From assembly GCA_003971905.1 (NCBI GenBank), contig RSEE01000135.1, positions 62,001-126,000 of the forward strand: a stretch of 64,000 bases of DNA, written 5' to 3'. Both the position numbers and the translations under genes were made by a program. Positions 1-11,869 of the stretch are shown piece after piece. Source of the DNA: Moniliella sp. 'wahieum'. Its lineage: Eukaryota. Within the stretch, counting starts at the first letter, position 1; each line of letters begins with the position of its first letter. The notes below the pieces were generated by a model. That model searched no databases. It was given only the letters and a program-made list of their open reading frames with translations, and was not told the origin of the DNA.

Positions 1-945
1 TACACGAAGCACGAGTTGGCGTATGCCAATCTGGGTCTGGAGGACCTGACCAAGCTCGGCTGGCAAGGGCGACGTGGCGCCGCCCGACGCGTACATTATG
101 GCGCTGCCCAATGGCGTCTGCACGCCATTTGTGCAAGCCATCTTGCGTGGCAGTGCTGAGCGCGCAGGAACGACCAAAGCTAAAGTGGTCGACTTGTCGG
201 CGGACCATCGGTTTGACCCGACTTGGACGTACGGCTTGCCGGAACTCTACTCGCGCACGGCCATTCGCGACGCGCAGTTGATCGCTAACCCCGGGTGCTA
301 CGCGACCAACTCACAGGCGCTCGTCGCGCCCTTACTGCCCTACCTCGACCTGGCCAACCCGCCAAGCATCTTTGGTGTGGGCTACTCGGGCGCCGGCACC
401 AAGGCTGCCCCAGCCGGCGCGGGCAAGACGGGCACAAAGACCGTGCCCAAGATCACACCGGAAGACTTGGCAGGCGGCATTCGCCCTTACGCCCTGACGG
501 ACCACATTCACGAACGCGAAGCAAGTGTGCACCTGTCCACCTTGTTGGGGCAAGCGATGGAAGCCCCGACCGAGGGCGAGACACAAGCCCTCCCCGCTTG
601 CAACTTGCGTTTACGCCTGCGGTCGCACCCTGGTTCCAGGGCATCATCTCTACGGCGTCCATTCCGCTCAAGACCAAGTTGACCAGCAAGCAGGTGCGCG
701 AACTGTACGAAGAGTTTTACCAGTTTGACGATCTGGTCCATGTCGGTGCAGCTGTGCCGGAAATCAAGGATGGCGCAGGCAAACATGGTTTGCGTCTTGG
801 AGGGTTCCAAGTCCATTCGTCCGGTACCAGAGTGGTCGTGGTGGCTGTCCTGGACAACTTGCTCAAAGGCGCTGCAACGCAGTGCTTGCAGAACCTCAAC
901 ATCACCCTCGGCTACGACGAGTTGGCTGGCATCCCGCTCGACTAG
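1..945 (+). CDS. ARG5,6: ARG5,6 C-terminal N-acetyl-gamma-glutamyl-phosphate reductase (ArgC) domain, 5'-partial, with apparent indels
   Basis: ArgC motifs DLSADHRF, YGLPE, IANPGCYAT (catalytic Cys), SGAG, H.HERE, LDNLLKGAATQCLQN, split over ORFs 74-682 and 295-945. Stop TAG 943-945. Confidence 0.93.
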
Positions 946-989
946 CTCGTGCTTGCTTCGCGCCGCCCCAGATCCGGATCCAGATCGAA

Positions 990-1076
990 ATGGAGATGAA
1001 GACCCAAGTGACGATCAAGATGGAGATGGAGATGGAGATGGAGATCGAAGTGGAAATGGAGATGGAGATGGAGATA
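990..1076. repeat. (GGAGAT)n hexanucleotide microsatellite, imperfect
   Basis: Tandem ggagat units downstream of the ARG5,6 stop. Confidence 0.8.
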
Positions 1077-4000
1077 ATGAGGGTGATTGAATAATGAGGT
1101 CGCGACGGAGGATCACCGTAACGTACCGATCGATAGGAGCCGATGGAGCGCTTCCGTTTAGCACGAGGGACACTCCGTTCTGATAGTCGTTTCCCGCACC
1201 CCACCAACCACAGGACGAGACTGGACCTACCAGCAGCTCTGAAGTGCCTTCTGGACGGTGCCAGACAGACGGCCTTCAAGCTTCGCGTTTATTAGACGAG
1301 GAAAACTGTACTATCTATGCCAATCGGCATTCGACAGTAATAGAGGACACCTAGTACTGAGGTCCGGTCTCACTTCTCCCTCGTCCCAGCCTACCTGAGT
1401 GGATGCCTATCCATCCGTTGGTCCTTCGCTCCTTAATGATCGCCTGCAAGCTACACCCCTACGTGGTCCCTCCACTTGAGAGCCCACGACGCACGTGCGG
1501 CACCCGCCCGCCGCAGAGGGAAAACGTGTCCCGTCATGGTGCTCTTTTATTCAGGGGGGACACCTTCGACCTCCCATCCTACGAGCCATACTAGTCTTGA
1601 GTTGGATGAGGTGCGTCGTGTGCCTGATTCACGCAAACGGCCCACGACATGGTGCGGAGGACCGGTCTACCGTCCAAAATGTACATGTTGGCGCGATTGA
1701 TGGCTAGTCAGAAGGTGGTAGTGGTACTGTGCAGATGGATCGGTCTGGTCGTCCAATCAGGCTGAAGCTTTGTGGCCAGAAGAGTCTGACACGGAGGTTG
1801 CGTGGGGAGGCGGACCGTCGGATGTGTGAGAAAGGGTGAAGGTAGGATGGGTCCGAAGAGGATTGAGTCAAAGCAGAAACTTAGTAACTGAGGGGATCGC
1901 CACTGAAAGGTGGATTTGGAAGAGAATAAGATTAGTGAGCGGGGTTTGGCTATGCCATGTGGGACGATCCCAATTGGGGGATCAAGAACCAACCCACTGC
2001 TGGCATTGAGTTCGAAAGGGAAATCAGCAGGGAGAATGGTAGAAAGATGGCGGTATCGAGAGGTCAGATCAGATCTCACAGATCTCATTTTGCAGCGCTC
2101 AGAGACGGAAAGATCGAGATGAGAAAACGATTCAGACGATGCGGAGGTACTTGAGAGTGGATGAGATCTGAGAATCCAACAGGACGTCGAGGGGAAGAAG
2201 AAAGAAGAAACGAGGTGAAAAGAATGCCAAAAAGTGGCTTGTGAGGGCTCAAATTATTGGTTGGCCCCTGGGACAGCAGCAAAGAAGGGATCTGTGCAGG
2301 GGTGCGCGAGTATAATGCATCTACAGGAAGTCAGGCCCCTTCCTCACGCGTCATGGGGAGAACTTGGGCCAGGGGACCGTTTGACGTGTGCACAACTGCA
2401 TCTTTCCCCTATTCTTCTCGTGAGGCCAATAGGGGTCATAAAATATGGTCTTCCTATCTCTCATCCATCCTTGGTTCCCGACCGCTTGGTCGGGAGTGTC
2501 GTTTGCAATGTATGGGCCGTATGAGTCGTGAACGCGTGAACCGTCGTCGGAGGAGCGGATGGACACAGGGAAACTGGCTGTAGGGTCGCAAAACACGGCG
2601 TACCTGAACCGATGGCGGGACCGACAACACGCAACACTTGGCGAAGGACCCCTCAGTCTAGCTGAGATCCCTAAGTGCATTATCTCATTTGTGTTATGTC
2701 ACTTGGCCCATGCCCCCTGTCGGTCCTTTCCTCTTCTCACATCTCAGATCTCACATGGGCTACGGTCGTACATATGGACCGTAGACTGCAAGCCCAAAGC
2801 TTTCTCAGTTCTTCGTGCACATTCATTCTTCGCTCATTTGTGGGATCGATTCACATAGGATAGTACTAGGGGTACACAGTGTATACCGCGGTCTTTTCCC
2901 TGCGACACGACAAACCAATTTATCGATACATTGTTTATCAGTCTAGCCTAGTCCATTTTGTGGGTGGGCGAGTACGGAGGGAAGCACGTCAATCTCGTTC
3001 CACGTGCCTTCCCTGAGAAATGATTAATCGATTAATGAAGGGGAAGGATGGTATAGTGTTGTGGCGCCCACAATCGACTGGGGTGTACGCTCTTCTGGTA
3101 TCCGAGAGCCAGGCGAGCGGGTCCCCCTCTCTTCCCTCCTTGGTTTTTTAATGCCTCAGCTGACCATCGCGGTGAGATGGGCCGATTGTGAGAGTAGAGG
3201 TGGGAGTGACTAGTGACTAGTGACCAGGGATATAGCAAACTCAGCCCTGAGCCTCAGGCCTCAGGACTCTGGGATCGCATAGATCTTCGATCTTATCGGC
3301 CTTATCCCTCCAAAAGCGTCAAGGTTCAAGCTGTTCAAGCCATAGTAACCGGTACCGAGCAAAAAGCCTGTAATCGATCCAAGGCACCAATTTAGGCTTG
3401 CAAGGGCCAATGTTAGGCCAGTCAAGCAATAGTCAAGCTTCTGCATGGGATGGAGCCCCACAGGGAATCTCAGCGGCTGAGCGGATGAGCGTCAACGAGT
3501 ACTGAGTGGATGAGCTGATCTGACATTCCGAGCGCCCAAAGCTCTGTCTCGGTCTTCTTCGTAATCGATAACCGATAATCGATAATCGATAATCGATACT
3601 CACTCGGAAAAAGAGAAAAAAAGCCGACACTGCAAAAGCGTATTTCCCAGGACGTACCTCGGCCTAGCTCGGGTTGGACAAGGACTCATACTCAAGTTTC
3701 AAGCTCAAAGGCTCAGTACTCAGTGCTGTTGAGGCTCAGCGCTGAGGCTCAGCGCTCACGCGCTCACAACTCAAGCTCAAAGATCATGGATTAATCGGCC
3801 ATCGATCTCAAAATCCAGAGGCGGACGTGTCGATGCGAAGAGGGCCCGTCGGGCATGTCATCGATGCTGAGCGCAGCTGAGCGCTCCGTGATGGTCTTGT
3901 TGATCCCCGGAGTGCATGACCAGGACCGTTGGCACGGTAGCGCTTAGCGTTACCGGAGGGGCGACCAGCTAAGCACTATGGCACTAGCGCAAAAGTGCTG

Positions 4001-5174
4001 AGGCCCCCAGAGCTCCAAGGGTCCCAGCTCCAAGCAAGCTCCAAAACCTTGAAGCTTCAAGCTTGAAGGTTCAAATTCAAACGCTTCTCGGAGCTTGAGA
4101 CTAAGGTCCGAGACGCCGTGATGGATGAGATGGATGATCCGAAGGAGGGGGGTATATATAGAGGGTACTGACAGGTTTTGTACGTAGATGCCACAAGAGG
4201 GCTGCTTTCACGCGTCACGCGCATGCCCATCTGAGATCTGGCTCCAGCCGAGCGTCTGAGCGTCTGAGCGCCTGTGTGGCTGAGGCTGGGTATACCACGG
4301 AGGTACGTACGGTTGAAGGTTGGACGTTGGAGCACCAAAGGTCAAACCGTCCTCCATGCCGCCGGGACGAGAAAAACAAAAAAGGGAATTCAAGTTGAAC
4401 GTTACAACAGAGTGTAGGAGCATCCGCACCGGAATCCACACTTGAGATGCTTGTGAAGCCATATATATGGCTTGAAGCTATAGCAGCTTGTTGCTCGTTG
4501 GTTGCTTGGACCTTGGCCAATGCTAATGCACTAGAAGAATGGGCGAGCCTATCATCATCCACATCATTGTGAAAATGTCTCTGTGCGTGTGTGGCATGCG
4601 CGATGCACAGATGTGTGGTACGTGAAGCTTTTTAACTTCATCGAGACGCTATTATACAAAAGAAGTCAAAAGCTTTTATTGAGCGGCCGGGCAAACGGGC
4701 CAGGCATGCCACAGTGAGAAGTGAGATTTGAGCCTGAACTCAGAGCTTACCATATAATGTCACTGTGACATATATGCAGTAGACGTTAGACGTTAGACCT
4801 TAGACGTTAGCTTAGCACCTCTGTCTTGCCTATTCACACTCACGGGTCACTCGGTGGAGAGGAAGCGGTGCGCAGCTGCTCTTCCCGCCGCGTTTTGCCA
4901 GTGCTACCGGGAGCAAAGGGGAGCACCGCCCAAGGTACACAGCAGAACAACAATGGGTATACCTATAGCAATTGACTCGATAGATAGCCGAGGGTCACTA
5001 CTACGTCATTACGAGAGTCACTTTTCTAGTCATCTAGTCATAGCATCCTAGACGGCAAGGGGATGAAAATTTGGGCACAGGACGTGTACCAGCGTGGAAG
5101 GTGTACGGTGCACGTCCTCTCACCAACCTGAAGAGAGGTGGGCACAGACCTGGTTGGCAACACAACCTTCCTCT

Positions 5175-5235
5175 CCAACGTCCAACGTCCAACGTCCAAC
5201 GTCCAACGTCCAACCTCCGAAGTCCAACGTCCAAC
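5175..5235. repeat. (CCAACGT)n heptamer tandem repeat
   Basis: ccaacgtccaacgtccaacgtccaacgtccaacgtccaac, then a degenerate further unit. Confidence 0.85.
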
Positions 5236-6506
5236 CTCGGAGCTTCAAAGCTTCGATCCGCCAAGGGTGTGGGATGGTCGATAGATAGTCACCCGGGTGT
5301 CTTTGAGCAAGGCACCTTGTATATACACGCTCTGTGAGCATGTGAATGAGGCAAAGAGTAATCTAGTCATTAATCAGTGTGAGATCTGTGAGAGAGGATG
5401 CGACACATGTGATGGCTTTTTCCATTTTGCCACGCTCAGTCATTAACCAGACAGCTCCTGGGGTTTTTTCACGGGGCTGAGCCGCTGATGAGCTGATGCA
5501 CTGATTCGATGACCTACCAAAGTGCACATGCGCTCGCTCAGCGCTCAGCCGGTCACCTCGCGAACAGCCGCGTACCAACGCGCGTGTCCGCGCGTTAACC
5601 GAACGTGTTTAACTGGCTGGCCATACTGAGGTCCACCCGCCGTGATTACCGAAATGGCCATCACCACTCGGTCACGTCGAACCGACGAAGTACTAGTGTG
5701 GCACGTGGGCGGGCAGATGGACCGGACCACATAATCCTACCACAACAGGGGGAGGTCTATGTTGGATGAGCCTCATCGCTATGGTCGGCTTTCTGCGAGG
5801 CGCCTGGGCTCCTCGCACGACGCAAGACGCAAGACGCAAGCCTCAGGGCGGTCAGCATGAGCTCCTGTACGGACCGCACAGGAGAGAGCCATGCTGCGTG
5901 CAGGGGCAATGGGTGTGGGAGAGCGTGAGCGGGACCGCGGCTCGGGGCGATGAGGCGGGAAGCTGCGCATGTGATCTCTCAGAGTATGCCGCAGAACGCA
6001 TGTCGCATGTCGATGTGCGCCTGGTGGGCTGATCCGCAGTGTGAGGGGGGTAGTGAGGAGATGGAGAAGGGGAGTGTGGCTGTGGCTGTGGCAGCCAGAA
6101 GAGGCAGGAGGCGTGTGTGAGGGGGGGATGCGTATGTGAGATCTGAGAGGTACGTACGATGTGCTGGGAAAGCGGAGCGTGAAAGCGGCGGGCCATCTCA
6201 GACCATCATCCATCCTCCCATCCATCATCCATGGGCTCAGCCTCAGCCTCAGCCTCAGAACGCTCAGCCATCCATCAGCCATCCCCCTCCTTCTTCTTCC
6301 GGCGGAGGCACGCACACCCCACCAGCATATATACACTTGCCCCCTCCGGTCTGTGCGGCTGTCGTAGCCTCCTTCTGCCCCTCGCCTCCCTCTTGCGAAC
6401 CACCAGTGCCTGCGCCACTTGTCCCGCCCCCAACTGTCTGTCTGTCTGTCTGCGCCTGCTTCCACCACCTCCTCCTCCACCTGCCCCACCCTTACCTCCC
6501 ATCACC

Positions 6507-7252
6507 ATGCCCTCCGTCTCCACGCCGCCATCGTCCATGTGGGAGAACACCTCCGCCAGCACAGAAGCGACCGAGTGTGCGGACGCCGATGTGGAACTGG
6601 ACTTTAACCCGATGCACCCGTCGCAAGCTGGACTCTTCCGGCGGCTGGTGGGTACCTGGAGCCTGGAACGCGCTGTGGCCAGCACGTCGACGGGCGCAGT
6701 GGTGTCCGATGCACTGGGCACGTGTCCGCGTGGCGTGCTGATCTACAGTCCGGACGGGTACGTCACTGCCTCCCTCGAGGCAGATTTGGATGCCCACCCG
6801 TTAGCCCCACGCACAATGCTCTACACGGGCCCATTTGAGTTGTGCGCCCCTAAATGTCCAGAGGAAGAAACGTACCAAGGCCGATTCCCCGACGCACTCT
6901 GCTTCGACCTCCTCGACTCGTCCATCCACGCCAACGAGATTGGTTCCATCTACACACGCGAACTCAAAATTGGTCATGGGCCCAATCGTAAACTGGCCAT
7001 GCACATGCCCAATCTCGTCCCCACTCACCTGTCTCCCCACGACAGGAAAGATGTACGTGTACGCCCCCCCCTCCCCCTCCCCTCTTTGTCCCCTCTGTTC
7101 ATCGTACCCACACTCCAACAGGGGGTAACACGCGTTACGTGTGCGAGGAGGCTTGAGCACTGAGTTCCGAGTACTGACTGCCTATCTGTGGTTAGGATAC
7201 CGCCATCTCGCTCGACTTGCAATGGAAGCGCGAGGAAGCGTTTTCGTTTTAA
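6507..7252 (+). CDS. Lipocalin-like domain protein (Lipocalin_5-type), 2 exons (6507-7052, 7196-7252)
   Basis: LVGTWSLE...GVLIYSPDGYVTA...YTGPF signature. Intron GTACGT(7053)..TACTGAC..TAG(7195) splices in frame to DTAISLDLQWKREEAFSF*, a typical LxWxR ending. Confidence 0.8.
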
Positions 7253-7840
7253 GGATGGCCTTTTCGAAGGCCACGTTTTACACGTTTTGTCTTAGACCGT
7301 TCCTGGTGTTTTTGTATACCCGCCCAGCTCGCCTCATCCCCCTCCACTCTCGGACATGGCGCCCTGCGTCTCCCCCCCCCTCCTATCCCGACTCTTGGCT
7401 TCCATCCTCGGCTGGCTAGCCCCTTCTGCCTCTATTCTCTCTTTTGGCTCGATGGGACTGGCGTCCCTCTCCCGGTTGTCACTGTCATGGTCATCGGATC
7501 TATATCTATATCTATTTGCTACCTCACCTTCCTCTCTCGCCTGTTTCGTTACGATGCATTGCTAGTTTTCCCGCAAGCTCACTCCCACCCCCTCCGTTTT
7601 GTACATCTTAGGATTGGTGAGATCTGGTGGCGGTAGGGGAGAGTGGAATGGGTTCAACCTATCGCACCCCCCCTGTTCCCCCCTTGCCCGCTATGCGAGG
7701 TAGATGAGAAGTGGGGACGCAGTACCTGACTGGTTCTTACGCGCAGCAAGCGACGGCGCGGTTCCTTTCCCCCTGCCATGTTGGAATCGTGTGAATGAGT
7801 GATGAGTAACGAGAAACGATTGATGATTGGTGGCCGGTGG

Positions 7841-8020
7841 TGTCACAGTCGGGGCTAAGGCGAGGGAGACCAGGATCAGACTAGGCCAAGGGTGTAGCAA
7901 TCGTTCGTGGGGAAGAAGCAAGAACAGAGGACATGGTGCGAAGTGGAAGGAACAGGGAAGGAGCGAGACGCTCGAGACGAAGAAATTGGAAATGGGAGCG
8001 AGATCAGCCAAACTATGACA
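7841..8020 (-). repeat. 3' LTR (180 bp)
   Basis: TG...CA termini. Differs from the other LTR by one substitution and one G indel, by eye. Confidence 0.96.
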
Positions 8021-8033
8021 TTGCCCCCTTTCA
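8021..8033 (-). other. Polypurine tract of the LTR element
   Basis: Element sense TGAAAAGGGGCAA immediately before the 3' LTR. Overlaps the ORF stop codon. Confidence 0.8.
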
Positions 8034-11000
8034 GACCTCATCTCCCGGGCGGCGACGGAGGCGAGAGAGGGCGAGTCGGCGGGCATGGGAGACAGGCTTA
8101 TCGGGGTAGAGGGCGTGGAAACGGACCACTGGCTCGGCGTCATGAGACATGTCCGCAGCGGGTACCCACTCCCTCTCGTGGACAGGATAGCCCCGGAAGT
8201 GAACAAAGTACTCAATGCGGCCTCCACGACCCTTGCGGCGAGAGTCGAGAACATGTTCGACCTCGTGATGAACCGCACCATCATCAGCATACTCGGGGAG
8301 AGGAGGCGGGGGCTCGATCAAGCGGGCAGGGACCACGTCACCAAGGGTGTAGGCTCGCAAGCGGGACACATGGAACACGTCATGGAGGTGTAGGTAGTCG
8401 GGGAGGCGGACCTGGTACGCGGCGCGGCCCACGGCGCGGACAATGGGGAAGGGGCCGATGTAGCGATAGTCGGGGCCGTCAGAAGGCCGCTGGCTGGGCA
8501 CATACCCGTCCCGACGGACCAAGACAGGCTGGCCAGCAGTGAAGGAAGCCGCCTCGGTGCGCTGCTGGTCGGCATAATGCTTGTAGCGTGCTTGGGCCGC
8601 GGCGAGCGTGCGGTGGGCCACCGCCTGGGCCGAACGCAAATCCTCCAGATATGACGCAGCAGCGGGCACGGGCGAAGTGGAGGGCTCCAACTCCCCCCGG
8701 GGAGAGTAACCATAGGTGAGGACAAAGGGGGACTGGTGGGTGCTTGAGTGGGAGGACGAGTTGTAGGCGAATTCGGCCGTGGGGAGGAGGTCGAACCAGT
8801 TGGACTGCTGCTCGTCGAGGTAGCAGCGGAGGTACTGTTCGAGGATCTGGTGGAGTCGCTCAGTCTGGCCGTCCGTCTGGGGGTGGGACGCGGTGCTGAG
8901 GCTCGACTTGATGCCCAAGTCGGCACACAAGGCTTGCCAGAAGTGGCTTGTGAAGGTCGGTTCCTGATCACTCACCAGATCCCGGGGAAGGCCATGGTAG
9001 CGAAAGACATGGTGTACAAACTGGCGTGCGAGCTGGGGCGCAGTGTCCGTCGTGTGGGCGGGAATGAAGTGACCCATTTTGGTAAAACGATCCACCACCA
9101 CCAGAATCGCGTCGTAACCATTGGATCGGGGAAGCTGGGTAATGTGGTCCATCGTCAAGTGGGTCCACGGGCCTTGGGGAGGGGAAAGGGGCTGAAGGGG
9201 TCCGGCGGGTTGGTGGCAAGGCGCTTTGGTCCGTTGGCAGCGGTCGCACGAGCGCACGTAGGCCCACACGTCGGCTGACAGGCGGGGCCACCAATATTGA
9301 GCGCGGACACGGGCCAACGTCTTGTCGCGCCCTTCATGGCCCGCCAATGCCGAGTCGTGGGCGTGGTGGAGAATGGCAGCGCGGATCGGCCGGTCGCCGG
9401 GGACGTAGACCTGGTTTCCGTGCCACAAAAGACCGTCGCGGACCGTCAAAGCATGGCGAGGTGGGCTTGGAGCCGTAGCAAGGGACCAACGAGGGTCACG
9501 AGGCACGAGTTGGCGGATGCGCTGTCGAATCTCGTCGGCAGACACTCGCTCCACCACCGGTGTATCGGGGTCCGCCGCCATGAGCTTGAGGGCGGCGGCA
9601 GAACGTTCGGACATGGGCTCCGCCAGTACTTGAGGTGCCGCGCCAGCGGGCCGGGAGGGAACCGAGGAGGGAAAAGGAATCGAGTTGACAGAGGGGGGCG
9701 AGATGGGGTTAGATGAGGAGGTGGACTTGGGCCGGGGCCCGGGCGAGTGCTGGTGCTGGTGCTGGTGCGTAGTCTTGGTCTTGGGCTGGTCTGGGTGCTG
9801 GGGCTGGTCTTGGGGCTGGGGCCGGTCTTGGTGCTTGGGCTGGTCTTGGTGCTTGGGCTGGTCTTGGGGCTGGGGCTGGTCTTGGGGCTTGGGTTGGTCT
9901 TGGGGCTTGGGCTGGTCTTGGGGCTTGGGCTGGTCTTGGGGCTGGGGCTGGGCTTGGGGCTTGGGCGGGAGTTGGGGCTTGGGCGGGAGTTGGGGCTTGG
10001 GCTGGGCTTGGGGCTTGGGCGGGAGTTGGGGCTGTGGCCGGGGTACAGTCGTGGAAGGTATATGGTGATCACGGCACTGCACCTTGAGCGCGGCGCTCGG
10101 TGCGCCGGGCCGCCGCTTCAGCGGTGGCGGTGACTGCGCTGAGGTCCATGGGCTCCGCTTCGGGCGACGAGGGCCGAAACCAATGATTGCCGCCCGATCC
10201 CGGGGAGATTGCGGTACCATGAGCGCCCAGCGATTGCGATTGGTCGATGTCAATGGCCGCTGTGCGCAGTTGTTCGAAACTGATCCGTCCCAGTGAGCCG
10301 ACTCGCCGCGGGAGGCGATTGCGTCACGCACCCGCGGCTTCAAGCCGTACAGAAAGCAATAGTAGCGGTCCTCATCCGACGCGTTGGGGTTCCAGCGACG
10401 CAGCAGAACCGTGAACGTAGCGGAATAGTCCGCTGCAGATCCCGTCTGCCGAAGACGACCAAACTCCTCAAACGCCTTCAGCGCCGGGTTGCGCTCGCCC
10501 CACTGCTCCAGGAAAGCTGCGCGAAACGCAGGCCAAGACTGGAGGGCGGGTGTGGTGCGCGCCTCCAGGGGGAGGGCCACCTCCGAACCGAACTGCTCGA
10601 CCCAAGTGAGGGCCTCCCCCTGCAGCAGGCCCATGAAGCGGTCAATCCATGCCGCCGCGCCCATATGCGTGAGGGCGACGCGCGCGTAAATCTCGAAGGA
10701 GGTGACGACGTGCTGGGCCTGGACCCGGTCACGAGATGTGGGGTTCGCACCAGACGACGGGTGGAAACGAGCGGGCTCGAACATCTTCGGCTCTTCCGAC
10801 GCCTTGTTCGGGATGGCGGTCAGATCACCATAAGGCCCAGGGGCGGGAGCGGGGGCGGGGGCCGAGGACACCACGCCAGTCTGAGCCTCCCGTACCGAGG
10901 CGGCCAACCGGGCCTCTTCCGCGGCGAGCGCCGCCTCCTCCCGCCGCTGACGGAGGCGGTGCTCACGGCGCTTCGCCTCTTGCTCAGCCTCGAAAGCGCG

Positions 11001-11343
11001 GCGCTGGTCCTCCTGGGCTGCAAGGTAGGCCTGATTTTCCCGGGCCTCCGTCACAGAAGCTGGCGCATTCTGCGGGCCTCATCGACCCGGCGCTGAGCGG
11101 CCTCGAGGCCCAGCCCGGACAGGTCGGAGGCAGGCAAGGTATACCCCGGGGGCGCGGGCGCAACAGACGGCGCTGCATGGGGGGGTCCAGAGGGCCAGCC
11201 GGGTGGAACCACTCCGGGCCATCGTCGTCGAACGGAGCGTCAGAGGGGGGGTCGGACGGGGGTCGGATCGGGCCGCGCCGCGCGATGGGTTGCGGCGCGC
11301 TAGGGTTACTGGGGTCAGGGGGGTTGTCGTGGATCGAGGACAT
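8031..11343 (-). CDS. Gag - Pro/Gln repeat - integrase - chromodomain polyprotein (indels in the gag part)
   Basis: Gag capsid-like (LQGEALTW, SWPAFRAAFL, LRQTGSAADYSATF, FLYGLKPRVR; EPMDL in an alternate frame near 10145). Integrase Zn finger HDSALAGH..CDRCQ, DDE triad (MDHI, VSDQ, GQTER), GPF motif, chromodomain EVEHVLDSR..EYFVHFRGY..EWV. Probable ATG 11343. Confidence 0.9.
9775..10035 (-). repeat. 18-bp coding tandem repeat (PKPQDQ/PKPQLP)n inside the retroelement ORF
   Basis: Tandem ctggtcttggggcttggg-type units on the + strand, translated as PQ-rich repeats in ORF 8031-11054. Confidence 0.9.
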
Positions 11344-11373
11344 CTCTGGTCGGGCTCGCCTGTTGACGGTTAG

Positions 11374-11382
11374 ACGAACGAT
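11374..11382 (-). other. Primer-binding site complementary to the element's own LTR (self-priming type)
   Basis: Element sense ATCGTTCGT, 2 nt after the 5' LTR, is the exact reverse complement of ACGAACGAT inside the LTR (11453-11445). Confidence 0.75.
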
Positions 11383-11384
11383 AA

Positions 11385-11565
11385 TGTCACAGTCGGGGCT
11401 AAGGCGAGGGAGACCAGGATCAGACTAAGCCAAGGGGTGTAGCAATCGTTCGTGGGGAAGAAGCAAGAACAGAGGACATGGTGCGAAGTGGAAGGAACAG
11501 GGAAGGAGCGAGACGCTCGAGACGAAGAAATTGGAAATGGGAGCGAGATCAGCCAAACTATGACA
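11385..11565 (-). repeat. 5' LTR (181 bp)
   Basis: Near-identical to 7841-8020, followed on the + strand by TSD GGTGG. Confidence 0.96.
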
Positions 11566-11869
11566 GGTGGTCTCGTCTGTTCGTTACGCGACAGACAGCT
11601 AGAAAGAGATCCATAGAGAGATCCACGCCGGCGCGCTTAGTAGCTTAGTAGCTACGCAGCACCTATCTCTCAGTGCCTTCTTGCATCTACCATGCCTTCC
11701 CGCCTTGGCCCACACCCACACCCACACCACAAACGAATACCCGTGACTGGTGACGATGCAATCAGCAAAAGCAGTCTCCCCTCCTCCCCAAAGCGCGTCG
11801 CCATATTATTCTCTTGGGAGCGCGTGCTCTCGCGCTCGCATCGCATCGCTTCCTTTCCCTTTGAGGTTG

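Larger units (their letters stand above)
7841..11565 (-). mobile_element. Ty3/gypsy chromovirus-type LTR retroelement, non-autonomous (Gag + integrase-chromodomain, no PR/RT/RNase H)
   Basis: Direct repeats TGTCAC...ATGACA at 7841-8020 and 11385-11565. TSD GGTGG at 7836-7840 and 11566-11570. PPT beside the 3' LTR. Internal ORF with gag and integrase motifs. Confidence 0.96.

Noticed and set aside
1100..3200. Short ORFs in 1.1-3.2 kb (and 46.8-47.7 kb) as genes
   Set aside because: No recognisable motifs, host-like codon bias or convincing splice pattern, so they are left uncalled.
8031..9500. Integrase-chromodomain as a Ginger-type DNA transposon
   Set aside because: The element is bounded by long direct repeats with PBS, PPT and gag, not by terminal inverted repeats.
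9775..10035. Tandem repeats here and at 14706-14769 and 33912-34037 as CRISPR arrays
   Set aside because: No unique spacers, no cas genes, and the context is eukaryotic.
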